Assembly: GCF_000010065.1 (NCBI RefSeq)
Contig: NC_006576.1
Coordinates: 2,280,001-2,312,000 of the forward strand
From: Synechococcus elongatus PCC 6301
GTDB taxonomy: Bacteria; Cyanobacteriota; Cyanobacteriia; Synechococcales; Synechococcaceae
Direction of reading: 5' to 3'
Length of the DNA stretch: 32,000 bases
In this document: in pieces, positions 1 through 10,857 of the stretch
Layout: every line of letters starts with the position of its first letter
How positions within the stretch are numbered: the first letter of the stretch is position 1
Notes under the pieces: model-generated
Databases searched by the model: none
Seen by the model: the letters and a program-made list of their open reading frames with translations, nothing else
Told to the model about the DNA's origin: nothing
Translations under genes and position numbers: made by a program

Positions 1-1307
1 ATCAGTTCAATCTCCGTCTCGTTGTAGCCCAGCAGACCCCCGTGGCGGATCAGGTAATAGGAATGCTTGTGATGGGAGGAGTGGTCGATGTGATGGCCGC
101 AATTGTGCAGGATGGCGGCTGCCCAAAGGAGTTCCCGTTCGCTCTCGCCCCATTGGTGTAGTTGTCCGCGCAGTTGGTCAAACAGGCTGAGGGCTAATTG
201 CGCCACTTGCTCGCCGTGACTGACATCTACCCGAAATTTGCGCGCTTGGTTGTAGACACTGCGCTGCCGCACCGATCCCTGATAGCGCAGCTTGTCTTCG
301 ATCAGTCCGTGGCTGAGCATCCAGTCGACGATCAGCCCCTCGCGCAAGGCCCGTTCGCAGATGGTGACGCGATCGCAACCCAACAGCTGCATGGTTTCCT
401 GCAGCACGATCGCCCCTGCAACGATAATCTCAGCTCGTCGTTCCGACAGCTCGGGCAAAGTCTGACGTTCGGCAAAGGGCATACGCCGCAACTGCTGCAC
501 CAACTGCTGCAGATCGCCAAGAGCTAAGCTGTAGCCATTGAAGGTGGTCGGCAAGCTGCCTTGGCTTTGGTGGGCATGGAGGGCGGCGAGGGCTTGAATG
601 GTGCCGGAAGTGCCGATCAGTCGTAGGGGCGTGTTGGGTGGTAGAGCGGCTTTGACTTCATCGACCGCCCGTTCGACCATGCCGCGCACGTAGGCTTGCA
701 GCACGGTGTACTCGCTGGGGCTAATTGGGTCGGTGTGAATGAATTCTTGGGTGAGACGGACGGCGCCAACCTTCGTGCTGGTCAGGCAGAGCGGCTCTTG
801 CCCCGCTCCCAGAATCAGCTCGGTCGATCCACCGCCAATATCAATGATGGCGTGGTGTCGCTGCTGAAAATCCATGCCGGACAGCACCCCAAGGTAGATG
901 CGTCGTGCTTCCTCTGGCCCCGAGATCAGATCGACTTCTAAACCGACTTCATGGATGACCCGCTCGAGAAATTGGCGACCATTGGGAGCCTCTCGCACAG
1001 CACTGGTGGCGACAGCCACAATTTGCGTGGCCCCCCGAGCCGCCGCGATCGCTCGACAGCGTTGCAGCGCTTGGAGTGCCCGTTCCATCGCCGCCTCGGT
1101 CAACTCACCCGTGGCAGGATCGCGATCGCCCAGTCGGACGGTGGCTTTCTCGGTGCCGACGATATCGAAGGCCGGCAGGTCGGGACGAATCTGGACCACC
1201 ACCATGTGAATGGAGTTTGTGCCCACATCGATTGCTGCCAAAATCGGTTCTGGCCCGAGCTCACTGGGGAGTGCTGGACGGGCGTGGGGCGCAATCTCGG
1301 TGCTCAT
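1..1307 (-). CDS. ppx: Exopolyphosphatase / pppGpp phosphohydrolase (Ppx/GppA family, long form); 3' end runs off the left edge of the window
   Basis: Manual translation of the minus strand from ATG at 1307-1305 stays open to position 1. It gives MSTEIAPHARPALPSELGPEPILAAIDVGTNSIHMVVVQIRPD..., ...ISGPEEARRIYLGV..., ...DIGGGSTELIL... and a C-terminal His-rich HD-like stretch (ILHNCGHHIDHSSHHKHSYYLIRHGG). It is missing from the ORF track because no stop lies in the window; the short ORFs listed at 178-1398 are shadows of it. Confidence 0.85.
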   Translation of the reverse strand, partial: MSTEIAPHARPALPSELGPEPILAAIDVGTNSIHMVVVQIRPDLPAFDIVGTEKATVRLGDRDPATGELTEAAMERALQALQRCRAIAAARGATQIVAVATSAVREAPNGRQFLERVIHEVGLEVDLISGPEEARRIYLGVLSGMDFQQRHHAIIDIGGGSTELILGAGQEPLCLTSTKVGAVRLTQEFIHTDPISPSEYTVLQAYVRGMVERAVDEVKAALPPNTPLRLIGTSGTIQALAALHAHQSQGSLPTTFNGYSLALGDLQQLVQQLRRMPFAERQTLPELSERRAEIIVAGAIVLQETMQLLGCDRVTICERALREGLIVDWMLSHGLIEDKLRYQGSVRQRSVYNQARKFRVDVSHGEQVAQLALSLFDQLRGQLHQWGESERELLWAAAILHNCGHHIDHSSHHKHSYYLIRHGGLLGYNETEIEL

Positions 1308-1394
1308 GGGCGCAGGGTTCCAAGCTAGGCCTAGTCTGCCATGCAGCGGGGGCCTCACTCGCAGTGGGATAATAAAGCCGCATCTGACAATGCC

Positions 1395-2273
1395 ATGAGT
1401 ACCTCTCTCCCCCGTGAATCGACTTGGCTGGCAGTCATTCGCCTGTTGCGCTGGGATAAGCCAGCCGGGCGATTGATTCTGTTGTTGCCAGCGCTATGGG
1501 CGGTGGTCTTGGCTTCTGGCGGACGGCCTGATTTTGGTCTGATCTGGTAGATTATCTGCGGCGGTTTGGCGGCTAGTGCGGCCGGTTGCGTGATCGATGA
1601 TCTTTGGGATCGCAACCTCGATCCGCGGGTTGAACGCACCAAGCAAAGGCCCTTGGCCTCCCGTCGCCTGTCCACAAGAGTCGGCGCGATCCCGGCGATC
1701 GTGTCGCTGTTAGCGGCTTGGGGGTTGGCTCAATTTCTGACGCCGCTGGGCTACTGGCTGTGCGTGGCAGCTGTGCCCGTGATCGTGCTCTATCCGGGGG
1801 CAAAGCGTGTCTTTCCGGTTCCGCAACTGGTGCTGGCGATCGCCTGGGGATTTAGTGTGCTGATCAGCTGGGCGGCGGTGCAGGGGGAGCTGACTTGGGC
1901 AGCGATCGCCCTCTGGGCAGCAACCCTGTTTTGGGCCCTTGGCTTTGATACAGTCTATGCCTTGGCCGATCGCGAGGACGATATCCAAGTGGGAATCCAG
2001 TCCAGCGCTCGCTTCTTTGGCGACTTAGCCCCACTGGCGATCGCAGCTTGCTACCTGTTGACCAGTCTCTTTCTGGCCTGGACGGGGGCTCTGCTCAACC
2101 TCCATCCCCTCTTTTGGCTGGCTTGGGGCGGAGCGACGGGCTTGTGGGTCTATCAAAGCTGGCGCTTGCGCGAGCCCCTGCCTCGGGCAATCTATAGCCA
2201 GCTGTTTGCTGAGAATGTCTCGATTGGTCTACTGGTGCTGACGGGCTTTTGGCTGGGAGCTTGGTTGCTGTGA
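1395..2273 (+). CDS. ubiA: 4-hydroxybenzoate polyprenyl(solanesyl)transferase, UbiA family, interrupted by an in-frame TAG at 1548-1550 (possible pseudogene, sequencing error or readthrough)
   Basis: ORF-track pieces 1341-1550 and 1566-2273 share one frame. The upstream piece carries LRWDKPAGRLILLLPALWAVVLA (UbiA TM1). The downstream piece carries AAGCVIDDLWDRNLDPRVERTKQRPLASRRL and YALADREDDIQVGIQSSA, the two Asp-rich UbiA motifs. ATG 1395 (MSTSLPRESTW...) is the likely start, 88 bp from the divergent ppx start. Confidence 0.8.
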
Positions 2274-3166
2274 CTGTGGCCTGGCCAGCACCCCTTCAGC
2301 CCGGCGATCGCTTGCTGGCCATTGCACCCAGCGGTTGCCTGCGCGAACTAGATGCCCTACAAGCGGCTCTGGAACTCTGGTGGCAGGCCGGCTTTTCAAT
2401 CGATTTGGCACCTCACTGGCGAGATCAACAGGGCTACCTAGCGGGTAGCGATCACGATCGCTTAGCGGACTTAAAAGAAGGGTGGCTGGATCCGCGCTAT
2501 CGCGGCTTGGTTTGCATTCGTGGTGGCTGGGGTGCAGCACGACTGCTGGAAGCTTGCGATGACTGGCCAACTCCGCCGCAACCGAAGTGGCTGGTCGGCT
2601 TTTCTGATATCACCACGCTGTTGTGGACGCTGACTCGCCAGCAACGGGGAGCCATCCATGCTCCTGTGCTGACTACCTTGGCAGCGGAACCGGCGCGATC
2701 GCGGCAGCGACTTTGGGATTGTCTGCAAGGCAAACCGTTAGAACCGCTGACCGGTAGCGTTTGGGTGCCTGGCTCTGCCCAAGGCCCGCTCTATCCTGCC
2801 AATCTGACCGTGGCGACCCATCTACTCGGAACGCCTTGGCTACCCGACCTACGCGGCGCAATCTTGGCGATCGAAGATGTCTCAGAACAACCCTATCGGC
2901 TCGATCGCCTGCTGACTCAGTGGCGTTTGAGCGGTCAGCTGCAGCAACTGGCCGGTATTGCAGTTGGGCGCTTTAGTCAGTGCGATCCGCCCAGCGATCG
3001 CCCAAGTTTTACGGTGGAAGCTGTCTTACGCGATCGCCTCAGTGACCTCGGGATTCCTGTCCTCGCCGATCTTCCGTTTGGTCACGACGGCGAAAATGCA
3101 GTGCTACCAGTCGGGGCAATCGCCCAGATTGCGGGTGATCAATTGCAGATTCACTGGCCCGCTTAA
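2249..3166 (+). CDS. ldcA: LD-carboxypeptidase (peptidase S66, muramoyl-tetrapeptide carboxypeptidase-like)
   Basis: 305-aa ORF with S66 hallmarks: GFSDITTLL (nucleophile Ser), IEDVSEQPYRLDRLL (Glu) and LPFGHDGEN (His). It overlaps the ubiA 3' end. An alternative in-frame GTG at 2270 would give a GTGA start/stop overlap with the ubiA stop at 2271-2273. Confidence 0.8.
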   Translation: MAGSLVAVTVAWPAPLQPGDRLLAIAPSGCLRELDALQAALELWWQAGFSIDLAPHWRDQQGYLAGSDHDRLADLKEGWLDPRYRGLVCIRGGWGAARLLEACDDWPTPPQPKWLVGFSDITTLLWTLTRQQRGAIHAPVLTTLAAEPARSRQRLWDCLQGKPLEPLTGSVWVPGSAQGPLYPANLTVATHLLGTPWLPDLRGAILAIEDVSEQPYRLDRLLTQWRLSGQLQQLAGIAVGRFSQCDPPSDRPSFTVEAVLRDRLSDLGIPVLADLPFGHDGENAVLPVGAIAQIAGDQLQIHWPA

Positions 3167-3411
3167 ACTCTATCTCAATTGCGATCGCGTTAATCAGAAT
3201 AATCAGGACGTTTTATTGGGATTGATTAGCCTCAAACCCGTGGTCAACACCAGAGAGTCTTACCCGCAGCGATCGCGATTCAGCCGATCAGTCTCACCCG
3301 AAATCTTGTTGCGTGAGTGTGGGGGTGCGCAATCACCCCTACGGACAGAGGCTGTTGACTCTCAACCTGTTCGTCTAGACCTAGATTGTCCTAAATGGCT
3401 AGCAGATCCCC

Positions 3412-3440
3412 ATAAAAAATCCCCGCCAGCTAGGGCGGGG
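3412..3440 (-). terminator. Rho-independent terminator downstream of psbY
   Basis: Inverted repeat CCCCGCC-agcta-GGCGGGG (3421-3440). On the minus strand it is followed directly by ATTTTTTAT (plus-strand A-run 3414-3419), 25 nt after the psbY stop. Confidence 0.55.
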
Positions 3441-3465
3441 ATCCAGCACTTTTATCAATCTGAAA

Positions 3466-3588
3466 TTATGCTTGGTCGCCTTTCAACGCTCGGTTGATCT
3501 GCTCCAACGCTGCTTTGCCGATGTTGAACACCGCCCAGCCCCCTGCCAACAAAATTGGAGCCAGGACAACAATTAAACGCCAGTCCAT
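3466..3588 (-). CDS. psbY: Photosystem II protein Y (40 aa, single TM helix)
   Basis: Not in the ORF track (<60 aa). Manual translation gives [40 protein letters not shown], with GGAG 7 nt upstream of the ATG and a hairpin plus T-run terminator downstream. The MDWR... start and length match cyanobacterial PsbY as I recall it. Confidence 0.75.
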   Translation of the reverse strand: MDWRLIVVLAPILLAGGWAVFNIGKAALEQINRALKGDQA

Positions 3589-3634
3589 CTCAACTCTCCT
3601 GAATGATTGCGCCGATCGCGCAGACTTTCCTTGA

Positions 3635-4183
3635 TTATTGTGCGGATTCCGATCTTTTTTCGCTAGTCTTGCCGGCTTGTTGTTGGGCGTGGGCTTCGGC
3701 TAAGGCCACATAATGCTGGGCATGTTGGCGGAGATCGGCGATTTCAGCGGCACTCAGCGATCGCACAACCTTGGCAGGAACCCCCATGGCTAGGCTACCA
3801 GCGGGGATCGACTTGGTGACGACGGCACCCGCCCCGACGATGCTTCCCGCGCCGATCTGGACACCATTGAGCACGATCGCGCCAATGCCAATCAAACTAC
3901 CGGCCCCAATATTGGCGGAGTGAATCACGGCCCGGTGCCCAACGGTGACGTCTTCTTCCAGAATCGTGGGCTGACCCGGATCGCCATGCAGTACGGCTCC
4001 ATCTTGAACATTGCTATTGCAGCCGATTTCAATGCGCTCGACATCGCCCCGCAGAACTGCCGTGGGCCAAATGCTGACGCCTTCGGCTAGAACGACATCG
4101 CCACAGATCACGGCGCTCTCTGCCACATAGGTCGCCCGCTGACAGTCCGGTTCACCCCAAGTGCGATCGCCAAATGCCGCCAT
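3635..4183 (-). CDS. Gamma-carbonic-anhydrase-like / hexapeptide-repeat (LbH) family protein
   Basis: Left-handed beta-helix repeats ([31 protein letters not shown]) and gamma-CA-type His positions ([15 protein letters not shown]). The ORF track extends to 4291, but the N-terminal 36 aa look non-homologous. ATG at 4183 (MAAFGDRTW...) gives a typical length of about 182 aa. Confidence 0.8.
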   Translation of the reverse strand: MAAFGDRTWGEPDCQRATYVAESAVICGDVVLAEGVSIWPTAVLRGDVERIEIGCNSNVQDGAVLHGDPGQPTILEEDVTVGHRAVIHSANIGAGSLIGIGAIVLNGVQIGAGSIVGAGAVVTKSIPAGSLAMGVPAKVVRSLSAAEIADLRQHAQHYVALAEAHAQQQAGKTSEKRSESAQ

Positions 4184-4340
4184 CTTTGTGCCCCTGCTGA
4201 TTGGAATTTCAGTGCCATTGTCGGCTGCAGGACTGCTGTTGCCGCAGATAGGCCGTAAATTGAAAGCCTTGCTGAAGGGTCGGCCCCTCATCGCGATCGC
4301 TCGCTAGAATGTCGCCCTAGATGCCCTGCAAGGATCTCGA

Positions 4341-4847
4341 ATGGTCTATTCGGCCGCTCAGTATCCCCTCTTTGGTGCCGAGATCAGTTGCCCTCACTGT
4401 CGGCAGAATATTCCGGCGCTAACACTCACCGATGCCTATCTCTGCAATCGGCATGGTGCTTTTGAGGCAAACCCTGAGACAGGCGAGCTGGTTCACCTGC
4501 AATCGGGCCGAACTTGGCGGCGTTGGGAGGACCAGTGGCATCGTCAGCATACGCATCCAGATGGACTGCGTTTTGAAATTCATGAGGCCCTCGATCGTCT
4601 CTTCAGCCAAGGACAGCACGCAGTACGGGTCACGATCGCTGATCGCTACCGCGAGTTACTGCGCAGTTATTGGCAGCGATCGGGGGGACTAGGCGCTGCT
4701 GCTTGCAGTGAGCATCGAATCTATGGGCTGCCAGTACAGTTCAGCCCCTCACCAAAGGAAGACCCTTGTGGGGCGGTGATCAATTTCCAGTTGGAATCGA
4801 AGGACGGCGCACTGTTGCGCTATCCCCACTTCCGTTTGTTTGAATAG
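4341..4847 (+). CDS. Conserved cyanobacterial hypothetical protein with an N-terminal CxxC...C..H zinc-ribbon-like motif (I recall a similar family labelled TIGR02652; unverified)
   Basis: 168-aa ORF with AAGGA 7 nt upstream of the ATG. The sequence begins ISCPHCRQNIPALTLTDAYLCNRHGAFEANPETGELVHLQSGRTWRRWEDQWHRQHTHPDGLRFEIHEALDRL. Codon usage matches its neighbours. Confidence 0.7.
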   Translation: MVYSAAQYPLFGAEISCPHCRQNIPALTLTDAYLCNRHGAFEANPETGELVHLQSGRTWRRWEDQWHRQHTHPDGLRFEIHEALDRLFSQGQHAVRVTIADRYRELLRSYWQRSGGLGAAACSEHRIYGLPVQFSPSPKEDPCGAVINFQLESKDGALLRYPHFRLFE

Positions 4848-4894
4848 GGCGATCGCTTCACTTGGACGTTGCTAGGAGGCGATCGCGTCAGAGC

Positions 4895-6697
4895 CTAAAC
4901 GATCGCGGCTGCAATCCAGTCTTGCACTGTTTCAACCACTGAACCCACAGCAATCACACTGGATTCCTTGCTAGCCCGCTGCACTACCTCGACCTTGCCT
5001 TCCTTCAGCGATCGCCCGGTGACGATGCGGTAGGGAATGCCAATCAGATCGGCGTCTTTGAATTTGACGCCTGCCCGCTCATCGCGATCGTCGAGTAGTG
5101 TTTCAATCCCTGCTGCTGTCAAATCCGCATAGATTTTCTCAGCTGCTGCGACCTGCTCCGTGTCCGTGATGTTGGGAATCACCACCACCGCTTGATAAGG
5201 CGCGATCGCAACTGGCCAGATGATGCCGTCCTTGTCGTAGGACTGTTCCACTGCAGCCTGAGCCACCCGCGACACCCCAATGCCATAGCAGCCCATCCAC
5301 AAGGGTTCCTCAGTTCCATTTTCGGTGGTGAAGGTCGCGCCCATCGCTTGGGAATATTTCAGACCCAACTGGAAGATGTGACCTGCTTCAATCCCGCGAG
5401 CAGATGCCAACACTTGGCTGGAATCATGCTGAGCGCGATCGCCGACTAGGGCTGTCCGCAGATCCACCACGGCTGGTTTCGGGAAATTGGTTTCCCAATT
5501 CGCGCCGACTACGTGGAAGTTGACTTCGTTGGCACCTGTGACGAAGTTCTGCAGTTCTGCCGCCGTCGGATCAACAAGCCGTAGGAACTTGGGAATGATG
5601 CTCTCGTTAACCGCGATCGCAGAATCCGCCAGATCAGGGCCGAGATAACCCAGCGGTAGCGGCGCCGCTGTCCATTTCTTCAGGGCTTCTGCATCCGGCA
5701 CCGTCAAGGCAATCACGGTTTTGGCACCGTAGTCCGCCGCCCGACGAGTCAGCTCATTGGTCAGCTTGATCTCATTGACGCTTTGGTCGCCGCGAATGCT
5801 AATCAGAATCGGCAGCAGTTTGCCGTTATCAAAGACTGCTTGATACAGGACTTGCTTAACAACCTGCGTTGGATCAGCTTTCAAGAACTCGCAGAGGCTT
5901 GCGATCGTGTCAGTGCCGGGGGTTTCTCGCTTTTCAAAAGTTGTGAAAGCAGAGGCGATCGCTTCCGCAGGCAGTGAGACAGCTTTCTCAACGTTGGCAG
6001 CGTAGCGCCCATCTTCGGTGTAGAGAATTTCGTCTTCGCCCGCATCCGCCAGAATCATAAATTCCTGCGAGGCAGAACCACCGATTGCACCGGAATCTGC
6101 TTCAACGGCGCGGAATTGGAGACCACAGCGCCGGAAGATATTGCGATAAGCCTGATCCATTGCCGCGTAGGTCTGGCGCAGACTTTCCTCATCAGCATGG
6201 AAGGAGTAGGCGTCCTTCATGATGAATTCCCGACCCCGCATTAGACCAAAGCGCGGCCGAATCTCATCCCGGAATTTAGTCTGAATTTGATAGAGGTTCT
6301 GGGGTAGCTGGCGATAGGAACGAATCAGATCCCGCGCCACAGCAGTGATCACTTCCTCGTGGGTCGGCCCCAAGCCCAACTGCCGTTGTTGGCGATCGTC
6401 CAGAGAGAACATGATCCCCTCGGCCTTGGCGTAGGTCTCCCAACGCCCCGACTCTTGCCAGAGTTCCGCCGGTTGCAGTTGCGGCAACAAGGTTTCCTGT
6501 GCGCCGGTCGCATCCATCTCTTCGCGCACAATCTGCGAGACCTTGCGTAATACCCGCCACATCAGCGGCAAGTAGGCGTAGATGCCGCTGGCAATCCGGC
6601 GGATATAGCCCGCCCGCAAGAGCAATTTGTGACTGGGAATTTCCGCTTCTGCTGGATCCTCGCGGAGGGTCACAAACAGCATCTGAGAAAGGCGCAT
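4895..6697 (-). CDS. proS: Prolyl-tRNA synthetase (bacterial type with INS editing domain)
   Basis: About 600 aa and colinear with bacterial ProRS: [45 protein letters not shown]..., class II motifs [25 protein letters not shown] and [10 protein letters not shown]. The start is trimmed to ATG 6697 (MRLSQ..., cf. E. coli MRTSQ...); the ORF track starts 18 nt upstream. Confidence 0.95.
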   Translation of the reverse strand: MRLSQMLFVTLREDPAEAEIPSHKLLLRAGYIRRIASGIYAYLPLMWRVLRKVSQIVREEMDATGAQETLLPQLQPAELWQESGRWETYAKAEGIMFSLDDRQQRQLGLGPTHEEVITAVARDLIRSYRQLPQNLYQIQTKFRDEIRPRFGLMRGREFIMKDAYSFHADEESLRQTYAAMDQAYRNIFRRCGLQFRAVEADSGAIGGSASQEFMILADAGEDEILYTEDGRYAANVEKAVSLPAEAIASAFTTFEKRETPGTDTIASLCEFLKADPTQVVKQVLYQAVFDNGKLLPILISIRGDQSVNEIKLTNELTRRAADYGAKTVIALTVPDAEALKKWTAAPLPLGYLGPDLADSAIAVNESIIPKFLRLVDPTAAELQNFVTGANEVNFHVVGANWETNFPKPAVVDLRTALVGDRAQHDSSQVLASARGIEAGHIFQLGLKYSQAMGATFTTENGTEEPLWMGCYGIGVSRVAQAAVEQSYDKDGIIWPVAIAPYQAVVVIPNITDTEQVAAAEKIYADLTAAGIETLLDDRDERAGVKFKDADLIGIPYRIVTGRSLKEGKVEVVQRASKESSVIAVGSVVETVQDWIAAAIV

Positions 6698-6903
6698 GGC
6701 AGCAAACTTGAGCAAAGAAGCACCCTTCAGCCTACCGCGCCCTTGGCTCGCACTGTGCTGGAAGAGTGGTGGTACTTGCTATCACCCAGCCCAGCCGTCA
6801 AGAACACTGAGGACTCCAGTGTGCGGAAAAACCCTGACCTTTACGGCCGATTCAAATTTTGCGTGGCACCCTTAGAGGCAGACTGCCAAGAAGAGGACCT
6901 ACC

Positions 6904-7275
6904 ATGGCCATTCTCTGGAATCTTCCTCGGCTGGCGCGCGATCGCAGCTTCAATGCGACGTCCCTCGCTGAGGTGACGGGGCTGCCGCTGACCCTAGTCG
7001 AAGGCTGGCTTCAACAGCGGTTGATGCCACCCCTCACCGCCCACGAACTCGATCGCCTCTGTCAGGCGTTGAACTGCCAACCGGGGGACTTGCTGGTGGC
7101 TGAAGCACCCGAAACAGTTTTGGCCTGCGAGGGTGAACAAACCTGTCTGGACTCGCTGCTAGATGCCAAGCTCCACATCTTCCATGAGGAGATGAATGGA
7201 CATTTGACTCGCATGCAGATTCAAGTCAGTGATGAGGCGATCGCCGATGGTGATCCGATCAGCTCCGGTACCTAA
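6904..7275 (+). CDS. Small helix-turn-helix (XRE/Cro-like) domain protein
   Basis: ATG at 6904. MAILWNLPRLARDRSFNATSLAEVTGLPLTLVEGWLQQRL...LDRLCQALNCQPGDLL resembles short XRE-type HTH proteins. The acidic C-terminal half has no recognisable family. Confidence 0.6.
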   Translation: MAILWNLPRLARDRSFNATSLAEVTGLPLTLVEGWLQQRLMPPLTAHELDRLCQALNCQPGDLLVAEAPETVLACEGEQTCLDSLLDAKLHIFHEEMNGHLTRMQIQVSDEAIADGDPISSGT

Positions 7276-7362
7276 AAGTGCGATCGCAAGCCTCTTAATT
7301 GGCTGCGGATCGCTGCGTCTTAACCGCTTCTGAATCTAAGCCTGCTATAGGTCGATCAGGGA

Positions 7363-7803
7363 GTGATGCTCGCTGAGTGCCACCCCCGATCGTTGCTGAT
7401 TGGAGATGCTGTCATGCCTCGTATTCGCCCTGCCGAAATTGTGGAAGCTTGGCAGAAGCACGGTGAACCGCTGTTGGTGCCTGCGGGTTCGGTGATCTTC
7501 AATGCTGAAGAACAGGGCACCACGATGTATGGCCTGCTGGAAGGCGAAGTCGTACTTAAGCGGGGCGATCAAGAGCTGGAGCGAATCACTGCCGGTGATG
7601 TTTTTGGTGAAGGCGCGATCGCGCAGGATCAACATCAGCGTTTCTCGACTGCAGTGGCGGCAACGGATTGCAAGCTAGCAACTCTGGACCGCGAACGCTT
7701 TCTCTTCCTGATTCACAACTCGCCTGTTTTTGCCCTGGATGTAATCGCCAGCCTCAGCACTCGGTTGCGGGCGATCAAAGGTAGCCTCGAGCCGAGCCAG
7801 TAG
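7363..7803 (+). CDS. Stand-alone cyclic-nucleotide-binding (cNMP-binding) domain protein
   Basis: cNMP-binding beta-roll signature: GDVFGEGAIAQDQHQRFSTAVAATDCKLATLDRERFLFLI. The maximal ORF starts at GTG 7363. More likely starts are ATG 7366 or ATG 7414 (GGAGA 7 nt upstream). There is no output domain. Confidence 0.75.
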   Translation: MMLAECHPRSLLIGDAVMPRIRPAEIVEAWQKHGEPLLVPAGSVIFNAEEQGTTMYGLLEGEVVLKRGDQELERITAGDVFGEGAIAQDQHQRFSTAVAATDCKLATLDRERFLFLIHNSPVFALDVIASLSTRLRAIKGSLEPSQ

Positions 7804-7923
7804 CAGCGCGATTACTGACATCACGTCAGTCGCCCTTGTCGCCCAATAGGAGACAGGGGGCTTTAGCCCCTTGTCCTAGAGGGGTGAAACTTGAACTCCC
7901 TGACTTAACTCAGTTGCCAAATC

Positions 7924-8841
7924 CTAGAGGGGTGCGGTGGCAGGACTAGAGGATTCGAGCAGGGGCAGCTTCATTTCAGGCGATTGCGGCTGGTGCAGAC
8001 GAATGAGTTGCGCCAAGGTCTTCTTCAATTGCGTACGTGGCACAATCGTGTCGACGAAGCCGTGGGCCTGCAGATATTCCGCCGTTTGGAAGTCGTCGGG
8101 TAGCTTTTCGCGCAGGGTTTGCTCAATCACGCGCCGTCCCGCAAAGCCAATGAGTGCCTTGGGTTCCGCGATGATCAAGTCTCCCAACATGGCAAAGCTG
8201 GCTGTGACACCGCCGGTAGTCGGGTGGGTCAAAATCGGCAGATAGAGCAAACCGGCTTCGCGGTGCCGTTCCAGTGCGCCCGAAATTTTGGCCATCTGCA
8301 TTAGGCTGAGCATGCCTTCTTGCATCCGTGCCCCACCGGAAGCACAGACGATGATCACGGGCGATCGCTGCTCGGTGCCTTTTTCGATCAAGCGAGTCAG
8401 TTTTTCGCCGACGACAGAACCCATGCTGCCGCCCATGAAGCGAAAGTCCATCACACCCAGCGCGACCGGCTGACCTTCGAGCAAGCCGACGCCAGTGCGA
8501 ACCGCATCACTCAGACCCGTGTTGGCTTGGGTTTCCTTTAGGCGATCGCTATAGGACTTGCGATCGCGGAAACCGAGCGGATCGGTGGGCGAAACTGCTT
8601 CATCCAAAAACTGCCAAGTGCCGGGGTCGATCAACTGGCGAATGCGCTCATCGCTGTAGATGCGCAGGTGATGACCACACTGCAAACAGACCATCAAATT
8701 GGCCTGCAAATCCTTGGTGTAAGTCAGAGCGTCGCAGGACTCACACTTCGTCCAGAGACCATCGGCAATTTCGCGCTCTTGATAGTCGTGAACGACGGGT
8801 TCGGTCTTACGGCGATTGGCAAACCAGTCCAAGAGCGACAT
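7924..8841 (-). CDS. accD: Acetyl-CoA carboxylase carboxyltransferase beta subunit
   Basis: [12 protein letters not shown]... N-terminus, Zn-ribbon [26 protein letters not shown] and carboxyltransferase core [11 protein letters not shown]...SGGARMQEG. The start is set at ATG 8841; the ORF-track start at 8859 is a TTG. Confidence 0.95.
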   Translation of the reverse strand: MSLLDWFANRRKTEPVVHDYQEREIADGLWTKCESCDALTYTKDLQANLMVCLQCGHHLRIYSDERIRQLIDPGTWQFLDEAVSPTDPLGFRDRKSYSDRLKETQANTGLSDAVRTGVGLLEGQPVALGVMDFRFMGGSMGSVVGEKLTRLIEKGTEQRSPVIIVCASGGARMQEGMLSLMQMAKISGALERHREAGLLYLPILTHPTTGGVTASFAMLGDLIIAEPKALIGFAGRRVIEQTLREKLPDDFQTAEYLQAHGFVDTIVPRTQLKKTLAQLIRLHQPQSPEMKLPLLESSSPATAPL

Positions 8842-8964
8842 GGTCTGAACCCGACTCAACAGCCTTCCTATGGTAACTCACGCTACCGAGCAGAACAGTC
8901 CGGAACAGGGCTCGGCGATCGCTCCACTCCAGTCGCTATCAAGGTTCACAACTCACTGAACGGC

Positions 8965-10854
<1,890 letters not shown>

Positions 10855-10857
10855 TTT

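Noticed and set aside
178-1398. About a dozen 60-125 aa ORFs on both strands in the first 1.4 kb
   Set aside because: They are frame shadows of the ppx gene, which is open on the minus strand from 1307 to the window edge and has clear Ppx/GppA motifs. The track omits ppx because its stop lies outside the window.
2958-3497. 179-aa plus-strand ORF spanning the ldcA 3' end, the spacer and antisense psbY
   Set aside because: It overlaps ldcA out of frame and psbY antisense. It has no internal ATG in the unique part, a Ser/Arg/Leu-rich low-complexity composition and no recognisable motifs. It looks like an open frame by chance in GC-rich DNA.
4184-4291. N-terminal 36-aa extension of the gamma-CA-like ORF
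   Set aside because: The extension (MRGRPFSKAFNLRPICGNSS...) lacks hexapeptide repeats and would make the protein atypically long. ATG 4183 gives the standard family length.
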